Assembly (NCBI GenBank): GCA_016204695.1
Contig: JACQKD010000004.1
Coordinates: 251 to 64,250 of the forward strand
From: Candidatus Kaiserbacteria bacterium
GTDB lineage: Bacteria; Patescibacteriota; Minisyncoccia; Phycocordibacterales; UBA918
Length of the DNA: 64,000 nt
Direction of reading: 5' to 3'
Under the pieces are notes generated by a model. It was given only the letters and a program-made list of their open reading frames with translations. It did not search any database and was not told the DNA's origin. The position numbers were made by a program, and so were the translations under genes. The number at the start of each line of letters is the position of its first letter. The first letter of the stretch is position 1. Below, in pieces: positions 44,493 to 55,228 of the stretch.

Positions 44493-45819
44493 TGTCGGGT
44501 TTGTTAGAAGAAAGCAACGTGTCGATGCGATTAATATCTCGCGGAAAGAGCGTCGCCTCCTTCACGTTCTCGAGGCCGAGCATCTGCTTGGTGAGCCGTT
44601 CAAGGCCGATGGAACAGCCTCCGTGCGGCGGCATGCCGTACTTGAACGCCTGTAGGTAGAAACTGAAATTTTTCGGGTCCATGCCGCGACTCTCGATCTT
44701 GGCGACGAGGTCGTCGTAGCTGTGGATGCGCTGTGCGCCGGAGAGGATTTCAAGGCCCCGAAAAAGCAGGTCGAAGCCGCGCGAGTACGGCGCTTCCGAA
44801 GGGTCTTCGTAGGTATAAAATGCGCGCTTCGCGGTTGGGAATTTTGTGACGAATACGAAATCGGAACCATGCTCCTTCTTCGCCCATTCGCAGATGGCGC
44901 GTTCGTGCGCGGGCTCAAGGTCGGGTTCCTCCGGCACACCGATGATTTTTTGGACTTCGCGGAGGGTGAGTATTGGGAACGGCTTGCTCGGCAGAAGCGG
45001 AAGCTCTGCGCCGCATGTTGTGAAGTGATGGGCGTAGCCCTCTTTCATCTCCGTACTGATGTCGCGTACGACGGTTTCAAGTACGGCAAGCACGTCGCGC
45101 TCATCCTTGATGAAGGCCATCTCGAAGTCCATCTGCGTGAGCTCGGAAATATGTCGCGTCGTCGCGCTCTTTTCCGCGCGGAAGATGCGCGCGATGGTAA
45201 AGGCTCGTTCGTAGACGCCGGTGAGGATTTGTTTGTAGAACTGGGGAGAGGTCGCGAGATTGGCGGTATGGCCGTTGAAGTATTCGACGCGAAAAACCTC
45301 CGCGCCGCCTTCGGCGTCGCTTCCGACGAGTGCCGGCGCCTGAAACTCCGTGAAGTCCTGCCGCAGAAGCGAGTTGCGGTATGCCTGCGAGAGCCCGGCC
45401 TGCACGGCGAAAATCGCTCGCTCGCGCTCGCGGCGCAGGGTCAGCGGGCGATAATCAAGAAGCGTGTCGAGATTGAGCTCGGCATCGGAAGCAAACGGCA
45501 ACTCTTGAGCGGGACTCAATACTGTAATGGAAGTCGCCTCAAGCTCAATGTTTCCGTTCGGTTCGTCGGCGTTCACCATTTTCTCCGGGCGCGCGCCCAC
45601 CGTGCCGGTGAGCGTCACGACCCATTCCGGGCGGAGCGTCTGTGCGGTTGCAAGCGCATCGGCATGATTCGGCAAGACAACACTCTGCACACTGCCGGAG
45701 CGGTCGCGCAGTACGAGAAAAATGAGCTTGCCGTGGTCTCGTCGCACGTCAATCCATCCGGAAACAGACACTTCTTTCCCGGTGTGTTTTTGCAAATCCG
45801 CAATCAGTGTTCGTTCCAT
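44467..45819 (-). CDS. Class IIb aminoacyl-tRNA synthetase: archaeal/eukaryotic-type aspartate--tRNA ligase or asparagine--tRNA ligase.
   Basis: N-terminal OB fold. Motif 2 'FRAEKSATTRHISELTQMDFE', motif 3 'GMPPHGGCSIGLERL'. ~450 aa, fitting the short AspRS/AsnRS type. Asp versus Asn specificity cannot be decided by eye. Confidence 0.8.
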   Translation of the reverse strand: MERTLIADLQKHTGKEVSVSGWIDVRRDHGKLIFLVLRDRSGSVQSVVLPNHADALATAQTLRPEWVVTLTGTVGARPEKMVNADEPNGNIELEATSITVLSPAQELPFASDAELNLDTLLDYRPLTLRRERERAIFAVQAGLSQAYRNSLLRQDFTEFQAPALVGSDAEGGAEVFRVEYFNGHTANLATSPQFYKQILTGVYERAFTIARIFRAEKSATTRHISELTQMDFEMAFIKDERDVLAVLETVVRDISTEMKEGYAHHFTTCGAELPLLPSKPFPILTLREVQKIIGVPEEPDLEPAHERAICEWAKKEHGSDFVFVTKFPTAKRAFYTYEDPSEAPYSRGFDLLFRGLEILSGAQRIHSYDDLVAKIESRGMDPKNFSFYLQAFKYGMPPHGGCSIGLERLTKQMLGLENVKEATLFPRDINRIDTLLSSNKPDNDKNNSDQ

Positions 45820-45821
45820 AC

Positions 45822-46769
45822 TTATAGCGTTACTCCTATCTTCTGCCGCACGTCTTTCATTTTTGCTTCCGCTACTTCCCGCGCTCTGTCACCTCCCTCT
45901 CGTATGATTTCCTTCACTTTTTCCGGCTGTGCCGCGAAGGATTCTCGGCGCTCGCGCAGAGGTGCGATAAACGCGTCAATGTCCTCCGCGAGCGCTTCTT
46001 TGAGTACTTTGTAATTTCCTTCGTTCTGTGTGTATATCGGCTCAAGTTCGGCTTCACTTTTGAATAATCGATGGATAGCATGCACATTTTTCGGCCGCCC
46101 GCCGGAAGAATCGGTCACGATGCCCATAACGGCTTTCTGGATTTCCTCCCGCGAACCAAAAAGCGGAATCGTATTTTTGTAGCTCTTGCTCATCTTCTGT
46201 CCGTCGGTACCGGGTACGACCGCTACCGCTTCCTGAATAATCGCTTCCGGTAACTTGAATGTCTCGCTGTAAATGTTGTTGAATTTTAAGGCCGTGTCCC
46301 GGGCGAATTCAACGTGTTGTTTTTGATCCTGTCCGACCGGCACCACGTCCGTATCGTAGAGCAAAATATCGGCGGCCATGAGCATCGGATAATTAAACAC
46401 CCCGACGGTGATTTCTTTGTTTTTTGCTTCAGCATCCTTGAAGGCATGTGCACGCATGAGGTACGGCATTGTCGTGATGGTATCGAATATCCATGTCAGC
46501 TCCGGATGCTGGGGTACGTCAGACTGCTTGAAGAGTATCGTGTGCTCCGGGTCGAGTCCCGCACCGAGGTAGTCGATGGCGAGGTTTAAGATAAGGTCGC
46601 GCATCTCCGGGCCGTTCTGCACGCTCATCAGCGCATGAAGGTCCGGGATGAACAGGTACGAGAAATAGTCGTGTTGCATCTCGATACACGGCTTCATCAT
46701 CCCGAAATAGTTGCCAAGATGGGGCTGTCCGGTCGGCTTCACGCCGGATAGGAGCGTTTTCTTATCCAT
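45822..46769 (-). CDS. trpS: Tryptophan--tRNA ligase.
   Basis: 'LLSGVKPTGQPHLGNYFG' (HIGH-like), 'VGQDQKQHVEFARD' and 'KMSKSYKN' (KMSKS). Confidence 0.9.
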   Translation of the reverse strand: MDKKTLLSGVKPTGQPHLGNYFGMMKPCIEMQHDYFSYLFIPDLHALMSVQNGPEMRDLILNLAIDYLGAGLDPEHTILFKQSDVPQHPELTWIFDTITTMPYLMRAHAFKDAEAKNKEITVGVFNYPMLMAADILLYDTDVVPVGQDQKQHVEFARDTALKFNNIYSETFKLPEAIIQEAVAVVPGTDGQKMSKSYKNTIPLFGSREEIQKAVMGIVTDSSGGRPKNVHAIHRLFKSEAELEPIYTQNEGNYKVLKEALAEDIDAFIAPLRERRESFAAQPEKVKEIIREGGDRAREVAEAKMKDVRQKIGVTL

Positions 46770-46826
46770 GCGTGGAATACTAGCAAAAAACGCGGCACTA
46801 CGGAAGTCTCAACATCTTGTTGAATA

Positions 46827-47312
46827 CTAGATAAAAAACAAACCGATGAGGGGGAGGAGCAGGAGCCAAAAGAAATATTGGGGAGGTGAAAAGAGCGCGC
46901 CGACGGCGGAGCCGGGGTCAAAGAGCGCAGTGACGGGGAGCACATGATAGCTGTACGCCATCACGAGTATGGTCGCCAGAACCGCGAGCAGGATTTTCTT
47001 CGGGACGCCTTCGTATATCTCGCGATAATCGCGCGGGAGCAGGCGTCCAAAGAGGAGCGTGGCAAGGACGGTGAATATCACAAAGACGATGATGGCCGCG
47101 ATGGGTGCGCCTGATTCTCCGCGCGAAAGGACGCCGTAAATGGCATCGTAGTATGGAAATTTCAGCGAGACGAGGAGTGCGATGTATAGGCCGAGCAAGA
47201 GCGTGATGAGTGCGCGATTGCCGCGAATGGCCGCATACGCGAGCAGTGCGCCAAACACGACAATCAGCGGGAGAAATTCTTTTGCGTATGCGAGCAATGC
47301 GTATACATCCAT
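46827..47312 (-). CDS. Hypothetical polytopic membrane protein.
   Basis: 161 aa, five hydrophobic helices, no domain recognised. Confidence 0.45.
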   Translation of the reverse strand: MDVYALLAYAKEFLPLIVVFGALLAYAAIRGNRALITLLLGLYIALLVSLKFPYYDAIYGVLSRGESGAPIAAIIVFVIFTVLATLLFGRLLPRDYREIYEGVPKKILLAVLATILVMAYSYHVLPVTALFDPGSAVGALFSPPQYFFWLLLLPLIGLFFI

Positions 47313-47361
47313 TGCTCTTGATTATACCGCTATCGCTCCGGTAAAAAGCGGCGGAGGTGGA

Positions 47362-48429
47362 TTAAATCCCTTCTTCGCGCAATTCCTCCACGAGCTTTTT
47401 CGCTTTTCGCGACAGTTTCTGCGGCGTGTCGATAATGACTTTCACGAGGAAGTCTCCTCTTCCGCCGCCGGTCTTCACTCCTTTTTCGCGGATGCGCAAC
47501 AGCTCTCCGCTCTGCATGCCCGCAGGTATTTTTACGCTTACCGGCCCGTCAAGCGTGGTCACGGTATATGTGGCGCCGAGAAGAGCATCGGTAAGTTTGA
47601 CAGACAGGGTACTGCGCAGGTTTGCTCCGTCGCGGACGATGGATGCGTGTTTGCCGACGTGTACTTTGATGTAGAGGTCGCCGGGTACGCCGCCGCGCAC
47701 GGCTTCACCCCGGCCGGTCATACGGATCATCTCGCCATCCTCAATGCCGGGAGGAACGGTGAGTCCGATTTCTTCCTCGCTCTTCAGCACGCCCCGGCCT
47801 CCGCACTTCGCGCAAGGGATCTTGGGGACGGTACCGCGACCGTCGCAGACGGTGCACTCGCGGACGGTGGTAAATGTGCCGAGAATGGACTGGCGCGTCT
47901 CACGTATCTTGCCATTGCCGTTGCAGGCGGTGCAGGCGACCGTACCGGCTTTCCTGTCGGCGCCGCTTCCCTCGCATTCCGGGCAGACGTTATTTTTTGT
48001 AAGCAGTATTCTGCGAGTGGCGCCGAAGACGGCTTCGGCAAGAGATATCTCAATATCTATCGAAATGTCGCGACCGCGCACTTCCTTGCGACCGCGTCTT
48101 CCGCCTCCGAACATGTCTCCGAATCCCTCGAAAATATCGTTGAGATCAAACTCGATCCCGCCGGCTCCCGCGCCGAATCCTCCCCAGTTCATGCCTGCGC
48201 CGCCCGCGCCGGGTCCGCCGTTGGCATACGAACGGCCGTACATATCATATTCGGCGCGCTTTTTCTGATCGGAGAGTACCGCGTACGCTTCGCTAATCTC
48301 CTTAAACTTCGCCTCATCGCCCCCCTTTTTATCGGGATGATACTTCGTGGCGAGCTTGCGAAACGCCTTCTTTATCTCATCTTGCGAAGCATTTTTCGTG
48401 ACCTCAAGAATCTGGTAGTAGTCCTTCAT
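47362..48429 (-). CDS. dnaJ: Chaperone DnaJ.
   Basis: J domain '[32 protein letters not shown]', G/F region, and four CxxCxGxG zinc repeats ([32 protein letters not shown]). Confidence 0.9.
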   Translation of the reverse strand: MKDYYQILEVTKNASQDEIKKAFRKLATKYHPDKKGGDEAKFKEISEAYAVLSDQKKRAEYDMYGRSYANGGPGAGGAGMNWGGFGAGAGGIEFDLNDIFEGFGDMFGGGRRGRKEVRGRDISIDIEISLAEAVFGATRRILLTKNNVCPECEGSGADRKAGTVACTACNGNGKIRETRQSILGTFTTVRECTVCDGRGTVPKIPCAKCGGRGVLKSEEEIGLTVPPGIEDGEMIRMTGRGEAVRGGVPGDLYIKVHVGKHASIVRDGANLRSTLSVKLTDALLGATYTVTTLDGPVSVKIPAGMQSGELLRIREKGVKTGGGRGDFLVKVIIDTPQKLSRKAKKLVEELREEGI

Positions 48430-48516
48430 GGTGCATGTAGTATGCCAGAAAAAGAAATACGCCACAACCGGCGGGTTCGGTAGCCGTGCGTGTTGTATGG
48501 CCTTGCGGTCGGACTG

Positions 48517-49683
48517 TTATTCTATTGAAGGGTCGTCGACGATGGTAAATGACGTATCGCTCGAATCACAGAGTGGCTTGAACGTCACAGACGGGTTAGG
48601 TGTGCCCTCGTCACAGATAGTGATGCGATACTCTCCCAAAGGTACGTTCGCGGCTTCGGCCGGGAGTGTCTCAGTATTTTTGCCGATACCGCCGGAGAGC
48701 GGGGCCTCGTAGTATTCCGTGCCGGTTGTGTTGTTAAAAAGGTGGATGAAGAGGTCTTCGTCTTGGTAATTTTGCGACCAAGTCACGCGGATAGGGGTTC
48801 CCCTCTCGTATACTTCTCCGCCGTTCGGAGAGGTGACAGTGATGGAAGGACTCTCGGTGTTGCCGGTTAGCGTGAAGTAGGCGTCGCTCGTGTCGGTCGC
48901 AGTTGGTCCCTTGTCATCAGTGCTTACGATTATCTTGTACTTTCCATTAGGAATACTCGAATCGTATTTCCAAGAAAAACTTCCCATGTCTCGAACACCC
49001 GTACCGATCCATTTGACGATTTGGTCGTCGGCGTCGACAAGACCTACATTTATCGGCACATTATTGGTATACGCCGATGTCCACTTGATGTTTGCAATTA
49101 AGCCGCTGTCTTTTGCGCCCGAATTGTCCAATTGTTCTCCGCCGTTCGGATAGACGACCATGACAACGGCCCCTCCCTTCACGCTTGTTCCTATGGTTCC
49201 CACAAAGTACGGAGCACTCGCTCCTGCCGGATTTTGCACATACAGATAGTATGCGTCCTTGGCGAGCCAGTCGGGTACGACGACATCAATTCGGGCATCG
49301 TTCACGATGGTGTGTTTCAAATAGATGCTTTCAGTGGAATTTTCTCCTCTGATGCCGACCCCTGCGGTACGTTGCAGGTAGACGAGCGTTACCTCGTCGA
49401 AATGTTCTCCGAAAATGGAATTGCTGTCGCCCGTGCCGAAACCTCCTTTACCGTTGACGCTGGTGATGACCGGGAGCGGAATATCGGGGCCCGGGATTGG
49501 AGGGATTTCCGGATTTTCGCCAGCCACTATTCCACTATCTAACTGATGAGTCGCCACGGTGATTGCACGGTTGGCGACCTCTATCGCCTGTTCGCGGAGC
49601 GAAGCGTCAAGCGACGGGTGTGCCTGTACGAACAAAAGCAGTGATATGGCGGCTTGGAGCAAGAGGGCGGTGACGGATGTCAT
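48517..49683 (-). CDS. Secreted repeat-domain protein, member 1 of a tandem paralogue triplet.
   Basis: Shares the first ~40 aa 'MTSVTALLLQAAISLLLFVQAHPSLDASLREQAIEVAN.AI.VAT.Q' with the next two genes, and shares 'ITSVNGKGGFGTGDSNSIFG' and 'YYLYV.N..G.SAPYFVGTIG' with member 2. Ig/PKD-like beta-rich repeats. Confidence 0.6.
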   Translation of the reverse strand: MTSVTALLLQAAISLLLFVQAHPSLDASLREQAIEVANRAITVATHQLDSGIVAGENPEIPPIPGPDIPLPVITSVNGKGGFGTGDSNSIFGEHFDEVTLVYLQRTAGVGIRGENSTESIYLKHTIVNDARIDVVVPDWLAKDAYYLYVQNPAGASAPYFVGTIGTSVKGGAVVMVVYPNGGEQLDNSGAKDSGLIANIKWTSAYTNNVPINVGLVDADDQIVKWIGTGVRDMGSFSWKYDSSIPNGKYKIIVSTDDKGPTATDTSDAYFTLTGNTESPSITVTSPNGGEVYERGTPIRVTWSQNYQDEDLFIHLFNNTTGTEYYEAPLSGGIGKNTETLPAEAANVPLGEYRITICDEGTPNPSVTFKPLCDSSDTSFTIVDDPSIE

Positions 49684-49712
49684 GAATTAATTTATTTTAA
49701 TCCTTTTCAAGG

Positions 49713-51110
49713 TTAGTCGTTAGTCACCACGAAAAATGCGTCTGATTCATCTGTCACCGAACCTGTGCCGGTGTCGTATCCCACAACAGATATCTTCACA
49801 TTCTTTGATTCTGAAAAGGTTCCAATATCAACACTCCAATCATACGAATAGGTCCCGCTATTTTTCGAAGTGGGAATGTCAGTCGCTATCCAACTGACTG
49901 AACCGGTACCTAGCGACCATCCGAGGTACACCTTGTCTATCTGGGATGACTTCCATTTGATTGTGTAGGTTTCTCCTTGCGTCAGTGTCTCTCCCCCGTT
50001 AGGCGACAGAACGGCAATGGAACGCCCTGATTGTGTCTCGGTTGACACATCACTAATGGTGGCTGAACAACTCGTCGATATCGTGGTACCGGAGGCATCA
50101 GTAATGCGCACGGTCGCTTTTTTGGTTCCGATGGATGCATAATTCACCATGAGAGCTTGCGACTGAATACTACCTTCTCCGTAATTTGAGATGTCATCAA
50201 ACATGGTCCATGCATATCGGTATGGACTTTGTCCTCCTGACACGTATGCGGACCACGATGCTCCCGGTGTGCCAAAGTTGAAGGTGGCGGCTGAGCATGA
50301 AGCAGTCAATGACTGCAGAGTATCGTGTGCTCCGATAGTTCCCACAAAGTACGGAGCACTAGTCCCGGATTGGTTTTCCACATATAGATAGTAGGTGTCT
50401 TTAACCAAATACGGCACATCGACATTGAGTCTCGTGTCATCCACAATCGTATATCCTAAATGAATTCCTCCTTTGCCACTCCCATCTTTTCCATAGTCGA
50501 TCTCATGTCTGCCTTTCAGGTAAACATATGTTACTGTCGAGAAGTTTTTTCCGAAAATGGAATTGCTGTCGCCCGTGCCGAAACCTCCTTTACCGTTGAC
50601 GCTGGTGATGACGGGTGTTTTGGCTGTGTTTGCATCTCCTACGGAGATGGTGAGTGTGCCAACTGTCTGTAAATCTTTAGGGCCGCCATCTTTCCACCGT
50701 GAAAGTGTCGCGGTGTATGTTCCCGAATGAGTGTAGTCGTGACCGGCGACTCCGGTCGCGTTTGTGCAGTCATTGCAGGTGGTGTTCAAGGCCACTATGT
50801 CTGAACCATCACCAAAATCAAGCGCATAACCGAATGTATGGGGGTCATACAGGTTCTGTGCCTTAAAATTTACATGGAGGGGCGCATTGCCGGATTTCGG
50901 CGAAGCTGAAAATGCATTATTGTCTGCTGTGTCTTGGCTTTCTTGTGACGTTTTTTGTGGGGTTTCCGACTGATGAGTCGCCACGGTGATTGCATGGTTG
51001 GCGACTTCTATCGCCTGTTCGCGGAGCGAAGCATCAAGCGAGGGGTGTGCCTGCACGAACAAAAGCAGTGATATGGCGGCTTGGAGCAAGAGGGCGGTGA
51101 CGGATGTCAT
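49713..51110 (-). CDS. Secreted PKD-domain protein, member 2 of the triplet.
   Basis: Identical leader. PKD-like block 'YALDFGDGSDIV...HDYTHSGTYTATLS'. A ~60-nt DNA stretch is identical with member 1 (49400-49460 versus 50560-50620). Confidence 0.6.
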   Translation of the reverse strand: MTSVTALLLQAAISLLLFVQAHPSLDASLREQAIEVANHAITVATHQSETPQKTSQESQDTADNNAFSASPKSGNAPLHVNFKAQNLYDPHTFGYALDFGDGSDIVALNTTCNDCTNATGVAGHDYTHSGTYTATLSRWKDGGPKDLQTVGTLTISVGDANTAKTPVITSVNGKGGFGTGDSNSIFGKNFSTVTYVYLKGRHEIDYGKDGSGKGGIHLGYTIVDDTRLNVDVPYLVKDTYYLYVENQSGTSAPYFVGTIGAHDTLQSLTASCSAATFNFGTPGASWSAYVSGGQSPYRYAWTMFDDISNYGEGSIQSQALMVNYASIGTKKATVRITDASGTTISTSCSATISDVSTETQSGRSIAVLSPNGGETLTQGETYTIKWKSSQIDKVYLGWSLGTGSVSWIATDIPTSKNSGTYSYDWSVDIGTFSESKNVKISVVGYDTGTGSVTDESDAFFVVTND

Positions 51111-51157
51111 AGTAAAGATTTAAAATTAATTACCATATGCAGTAGCAAAAAGAATAG

Positions 51158-52144
51158 TTAAAAACCACTCTGGCTTGAAGTACTGCCGCCCCCGCCGCTA
51201 CCGGATGACGCGCCTCCGCCGCTTGACGAGCCGCCTCCACCTCCGGAAGAATCGCCGCTTCCACTTCCCGAACCACCCCCGCCTTCGTTACCACCTGAAC
51301 TTGAAGCGGTAATACTAAACGGCGTATTACTGAAATCTGACTTGATTTCCATGCCATCGCCACTTTTCCAAAATGCGTAGACGAAATACTTTCCGGGAAC
51401 GATGTCGGAGCCAAGTACGGCGTTTTTTTCTATGATACTTCCTGCCGTACTCGGCGAAATGTCGAGTGTCAGAAGATGGTACGCCGGGTCGCTTGGCTTA
51501 CCGCCCGCAAGTTCCTCCGAAAGCATCAGTTGCAGAGACCCGCGCGATTTGCTACTCCGCAGGTCAACTTTCAGCAGCAGAGTATCTCCCTGTGTGAAGG
51601 TTTCTCCCCCGTCTGGCGACACCACTTTTACGGAGGCGGCACTACCGGCTACGACTACCGTAAATGAGGCGATCCCGATTCCTCCTTTGCAGTCCGAGAC
51701 GGTCATTTCTACCGTATAGGTCCCGGGTGTATTCCAAGTGTGCGATTGAGTGAAGGCAGTATTTTCCGGGACACATATCGTACTGGATTTGCCGTTCCCC
51801 CAGTCTAGTGACCAGCCCACATTGTCGCCGTCCGGGTCTGTGCCCTTCCATGAAAAAGTAACTGCTTGTCCTGCGATAACATTGGTTGGTGTTTGAGGGA
51901 TGCTGGTGAACCGTGGAGGTTCATTTTCTGTCTCCGCTTTTTCTGTTGGGAGATTGGCAGTCGGAGCGACTTTAGGGAGTGGAGTGTCATGTTTCACTGT
52001 CGGTTGCTCCGTCGCCACTCTGATCGCTTGATTGGCGACTTCTATCGCTTGCTCGCGGAGCGAAGCGTCAAGCGACGGATGCGCCTGCACGAACAAAAGC
52101 AGTGATATGGCGGCTTGGAGCAAGAGGGCGGTGACGGATGTCAT
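51158..52144 (-). CDS. Secreted PKD-like protein with a Gly/Ser-rich tail, member 3 of the triplet.
   Basis: Identical leader. 'WSLDWGNGKSS...HTWNTPGTYTVEMTVSD' PKD-like block. C-terminal 'SSSGGNEGGGGSGSGSGDSSGGGGGSSSGGGASSGSGGGGS'. Confidence 0.6.
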   Translation of the reverse strand: MTSVTALLLQAAISLLLFVQAHPSLDASLREQAIEVANQAIRVATEQPTVKHDTPLPKVAPTANLPTEKAETENEPPRFTSIPQTPTNVIAGQAVTFSWKGTDPDGDNVGWSLDWGNGKSSTICVPENTAFTQSHTWNTPGTYTVEMTVSDCKGGIGIASFTVVVAGSAASVKVVSPDGGETFTQGDTLLLKVDLRSSKSRGSLQLMLSEELAGGKPSDPAYHLLTLDISPSTAGSIIEKNAVLGSDIVPGKYFVYAFWKSGDGMEIKSDFSNTPFSITASSSGGNEGGGGSGSGSGDSSGGGGGSSSGGGASSGSGGGGSTSSQSGF

Positions 52145-52315
52145 AAATGATGTGAAAAGTTATAGATAAGACCCATCTATAATGTGCGCGTAGGTATATC
52201 ACACAAACCGCCTATTTGTCAAGGCGGTTGTCCCCATGTGTGGGCGTTTTAGCTTTTCTGCTCTCCTCCCTCCTCTGTCTCAGTAACGATATTTGGCAGC
52301 AAGAGGGAAATGGGG

Positions 52316-52543
52316 TCAATTTTGTTTAACAAATCCTTGTCTCTTTAGGTGTGTGTAAGCAATGCCTTGAGCGCGTTGCAGCGCAGTCTTTTCAGTTGGA
52401 AATGTTTCTTCTGGTTGGGGAATTCGGATGTCTGTGATTTGACCAGCAATCATGATCCGAATCATACCCCACGCTGCCCAACTTCCATCCGGAATCTGAT
52501 GTGCGCTTGGTGATATTTTGATTGGTACCTTGAAGTAAATCAT
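52316..52543 (-). CDS. Possible small protein (75 aa) just downstream of dnaK. Weak.
   Basis: ATG 15 nt after the dnaK stop. No domain. Could be non-coding. Confidence 0.2.
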   Translation of the reverse strand: MIYFKVPIKISPSAHQIPDGSWAAWGMIRIMIAGQITDIRIPQPEETFPTEKTALQRAQGIAYTHLKRQGFVKQN

Positions 52544-52557
52544 AGTATTTGCTTTCC

Positions 52558-54444
52558 CTACTTTTCTCCACCATCATTCCCAATATCCGCGTCGTGGATG
52601 TTTTCACTGTTTGGGTTGGTTTGCGCGTCTCCGCTTGCCGGTGCGGCCTTTGCGACGGCTTCGCCGATTTTGGACATTTCGGTCGAGAGCGCGGCGGTTG
52701 CGGCAATGATGGCGTCGGCATCGTCCTTTTCTTTCGTGGATTTCAGGTCGGTGATTTTGGCTTCAACGCCGGTCTTCACGTCATTGCCGATTTTGTCTTT
52801 GTGGTCGGCGAGCGCTTTCTCGGCGGTGTAGATCATCTGGTCGGCTGTGTTGCGCGCCTCAATCACTTTCTTTTTCTTCTCGTCTTCGGCGCTGTGGGCT
52901 TCCGCGTCCTTCTTCATGCGCTCAATGTCGTCCGGTGTGAGTCCGGAGCTTGCTTCGATGCGGATGGATTGTGTCTTGCCGGAGGTCTTGTCCTTTGCAG
53001 TGACGTTCAGCACGCCGTTGGAGTCTACGTCAAATGCAACTTCCACCTGCGGAAGGCCGCGCGGCGCGGGCGGGATGCCGTCGAGGATGAAACGCCCGAG
53101 CGACTTGTTGTCGGCCGCCATCGGACGCTCGCCCTGCGTGATGTGGATTTCCACCGACGTCTGGTTGTCGGCGGCGGTTGAGAAGACCTGCTCTTTTTTC
53201 GTCGGAATATGCGTGTTTTTCTCGATGAGCTTCGTCGCCACGCCGCCGAGCGTTTCGATGCCGAGCGAGAGCGGAATGACATCCACGAGCGTGATGTCGT
53301 TGACATCTCCTTGGAAAATGCCGGCCTGGATCGCCGCACCGAGCGCGACGACTTCGTCGGGGTTGATGGTCTTGTTCGGCTCTTTTCCGAAGAGGTCTTT
53401 CACTGCCGAGACGATTGCAGGCATGCGCGTCTGTCCGCCGACCATGATGATTTCATCAATGTCGCCTTTCTGGAACGGCGATGCTTCAAGCGCGCGCTTC
53501 GTTATCTCGATTGAGCGGTCGATGTATTCGCGGGCGAGTTCTTCGAGCTTTGCGCGGCTCATTTTGAGCAACATGTGTTTCGGTCCGTTCTGGTCGGAGG
53601 TGATGAACGGAATGTTGATTTCCGTTTCGCCGACGGTCGAAAGTTCGTGCTTGGCTTTCTCGGCCGCTTCGGTGAGGCGCTGGAGCGCGAGCGGGTCTTT
53701 GCTGATGTCGATACCTTCGGACTTTTTGAATTCCGCGAGGAGCCAACGCACGATGCCCTGGTCGATGTCGTGGCCGCCCATGTGCGCGTCGCCGTCGGTC
53801 GCCTTCACCTCGATAACATCGTCGCCGACTTCAAGTACGGTGACATCGAAGGTGCCGCCGCCGAAGTCGAAGACAACGAGTTTCTCTTCTTTCTTTTTAT
53901 TAAAACCGTACGCGAGCGCGGCGGCGGTCGGTTCGTTGAGAATGCGCTTCACTTCAAGTCCCGCGATTTTTCCCGCGTCCTGCGTCGCTTTGCGCTGGGC
54001 ATCATTGAAATACGCCGGTACGGTGATGACCGCTTCGGTGATTTTTTCTCCAAGTTTCGCTTCCGCATCGGCTTTGAGTTTGCCGAGAATCATTGCGGAA
54101 ATTTCCTCCGGGCGCAGGTCTTTCTCGCCCATTTTGACGAGCACGCCGCCGTCCGGGCCGTCCTTCACTTCATACGGCACCATTTCCTTGTCTTTCTGCA
54201 CATGCTCTTCCTTGAAACTGTGCCCCATGAAGCGCTTGATGCCGTAGATGGTGTTCTGCGGATTGGTCACCGACTGGCGCTTCGCAATCTGGCCGACGAG
54301 CCGCTCGCCGGTCTTCGAAATTGCGACAACCGATGGTGTCGTGCGTGCGCCATCGCTGTTTTCGATGATGCGCGGTTCGCCACCTTCGACGATCGCCATC
54401 GCGGAGTTGGTCGTACCCAAATCGATTCCAAGAATTTTTGCCAT
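52558..54444 (-). CDS. dnaK: Molecular chaperone DnaK (Hsp70).
   Basis: '[22 protein letters not shown]', '[14 protein letters not shown]', '[14 protein letters not shown]' and the EEVD-like acidic C-terminus. Confidence 0.95.
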   Translation of the reverse strand: MAKILGIDLGTTNSAMAIVEGGEPRIIENSDGARTTPSVVAISKTGERLVGQIAKRQSVTNPQNTIYGIKRFMGHSFKEEHVQKDKEMVPYEVKDGPDGGVLVKMGEKDLRPEEISAMILGKLKADAEAKLGEKITEAVITVPAYFNDAQRKATQDAGKIAGLEVKRILNEPTAAALAYGFNKKKEEKLVVFDFGGGTFDVTVLEVGDDVIEVKATDGDAHMGGHDIDQGIVRWLLAEFKKSEGIDISKDPLALQRLTEAAEKAKHELSTVGETEINIPFITSDQNGPKHMLLKMSRAKLEELAREYIDRSIEITKRALEASPFQKGDIDEIIMVGGQTRMPAIVSAVKDLFGKEPNKTINPDEVVALGAAIQAGIFQGDVNDITLVDVIPLSLGIETLGGVATKLIEKNTHIPTKKEQVFSTAADNQTSVEIHITQGERPMAADNKSLGRFILDGIPPAPRGLPQVEVAFDVDSNGVLNVTAKDKTSGKTQSIRIEASSGLTPDDIERMKKDAEAHSAEDEKKKKVIEARNTADQMIYTAEKALADHKDKIGNDVKTGVEAKITDLKSTKEKDDADAIIAATAALSTEMSKIGEAVAKAAPASGDAQTNPNSENIHDADIGNDGGEK

Positions 54445-54458
54445 ATGTCGTGTTGTTG

Positions 54459-55142
54459 TTATTTTTGATAAGTTCCGACTACTACTTTTGCCGGACGGAC
54501 GAGCCGTTCGCCCATGCGGTATCCTTTCTGAAGCACTTCGAGCACGGTATGGTCTCGGGCGGCGTCCTCGACGGGGATTTCAGAAACCGCCTCATGGAAG
54601 TGCGGGTCAAACGGTGCGCCAGCCGGCTCCAATGCTTCTACATCGTACGATTTCAAAACAGCCGCGAGCTGATTATATATCTGCTCCACGCCCGCGCGCC
54701 AGTTCTCCTCCTTACAGGAGCTGTTCAGGTTGTATGACGGTTTCTCCCTTTGGTCGAAACCGTCGACAACCTCTTGCGAAGCTCCAAGTATTCGCTTCTC
54801 ACTTCCCTGCTTTTTAATGTCCTCCATCGCTCGGTCGAAGCTGTCGGCAAGCGGAAGAATTTTCTCGATGAAGCGCGCGGTCTGTCGTTCCGCTTCCCGT
54901 TCGCGTTCCTCGACGGCCCGACGCTGGCTATTCAGATAATCCGCCTTTGCCCTCTGCCAGCCGTCGAGATATTCCTGCCGTTCCTGTTGACACGCCGCGA
55001 GCTTCTCCTTCATCTTCTTTAATTCTCCTTTGAAATCGCCCTCGATGTCTTCCAATTCTGGCTCATCTCCGCCTGCTGGCGGACTGTCAGCGTCATCAAA
55101 AACCATATCGTCGCCTTCGCCTGTTGCCTTCTTCTTAATCAT
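54459..55142 (-). CDS. grpE: Nucleotide exchange factor GrpE.
   Basis: Long helix then C-terminal '[45 protein letters not shown]'. Confidence 0.9.
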   Translation of the reverse strand: MIKKKATGEGDDMVFDDADSPPAGGDEPELEDIEGDFKGELKKMKEKLAACQQERQEYLDGWQRAKADYLNSQRRAVEEREREAERQTARFIEKILPLADSFDRAMEDIKKQGSEKRILGASQEVVDGFDQREKPSYNLNSSCKEENWRAGVEQIYNQLAAVLKSYDVEALEPAGAPFDPHFHEAVSEIPVEDAARDHTVLEVLQKGYRMGERLVRPAKVVVGTYQK

Positions 55143-55179
55143 AACGTGCGTATTATAAATTGGTTTTTACCTTGTGTCA

Positions 55180-55213
55180 AAAAAAACGGGCAGGCACGCC
55201 TGCCCGTTTTTTT
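55180..55213 (-). terminator. Intrinsic terminator after rpsI, before grpE.
   Basis: AAAAAAAA-CGGGCAGG-cacg-CCTGCCCG-TTTTTTT: an 8-bp GC stem with flanking A and T tracts (bidirectional shape). Confidence 0.6.
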
Positions 55214-55228
55214 GAGGGGAGAGAAACT

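Noticed and set aside
52847-54247. 466-aa Ser-rich plus-strand ORF.
   Set aside because: Entirely antisense to dnaK, with low-complexity composition typical of the reverse frame of a GC-rich gene.
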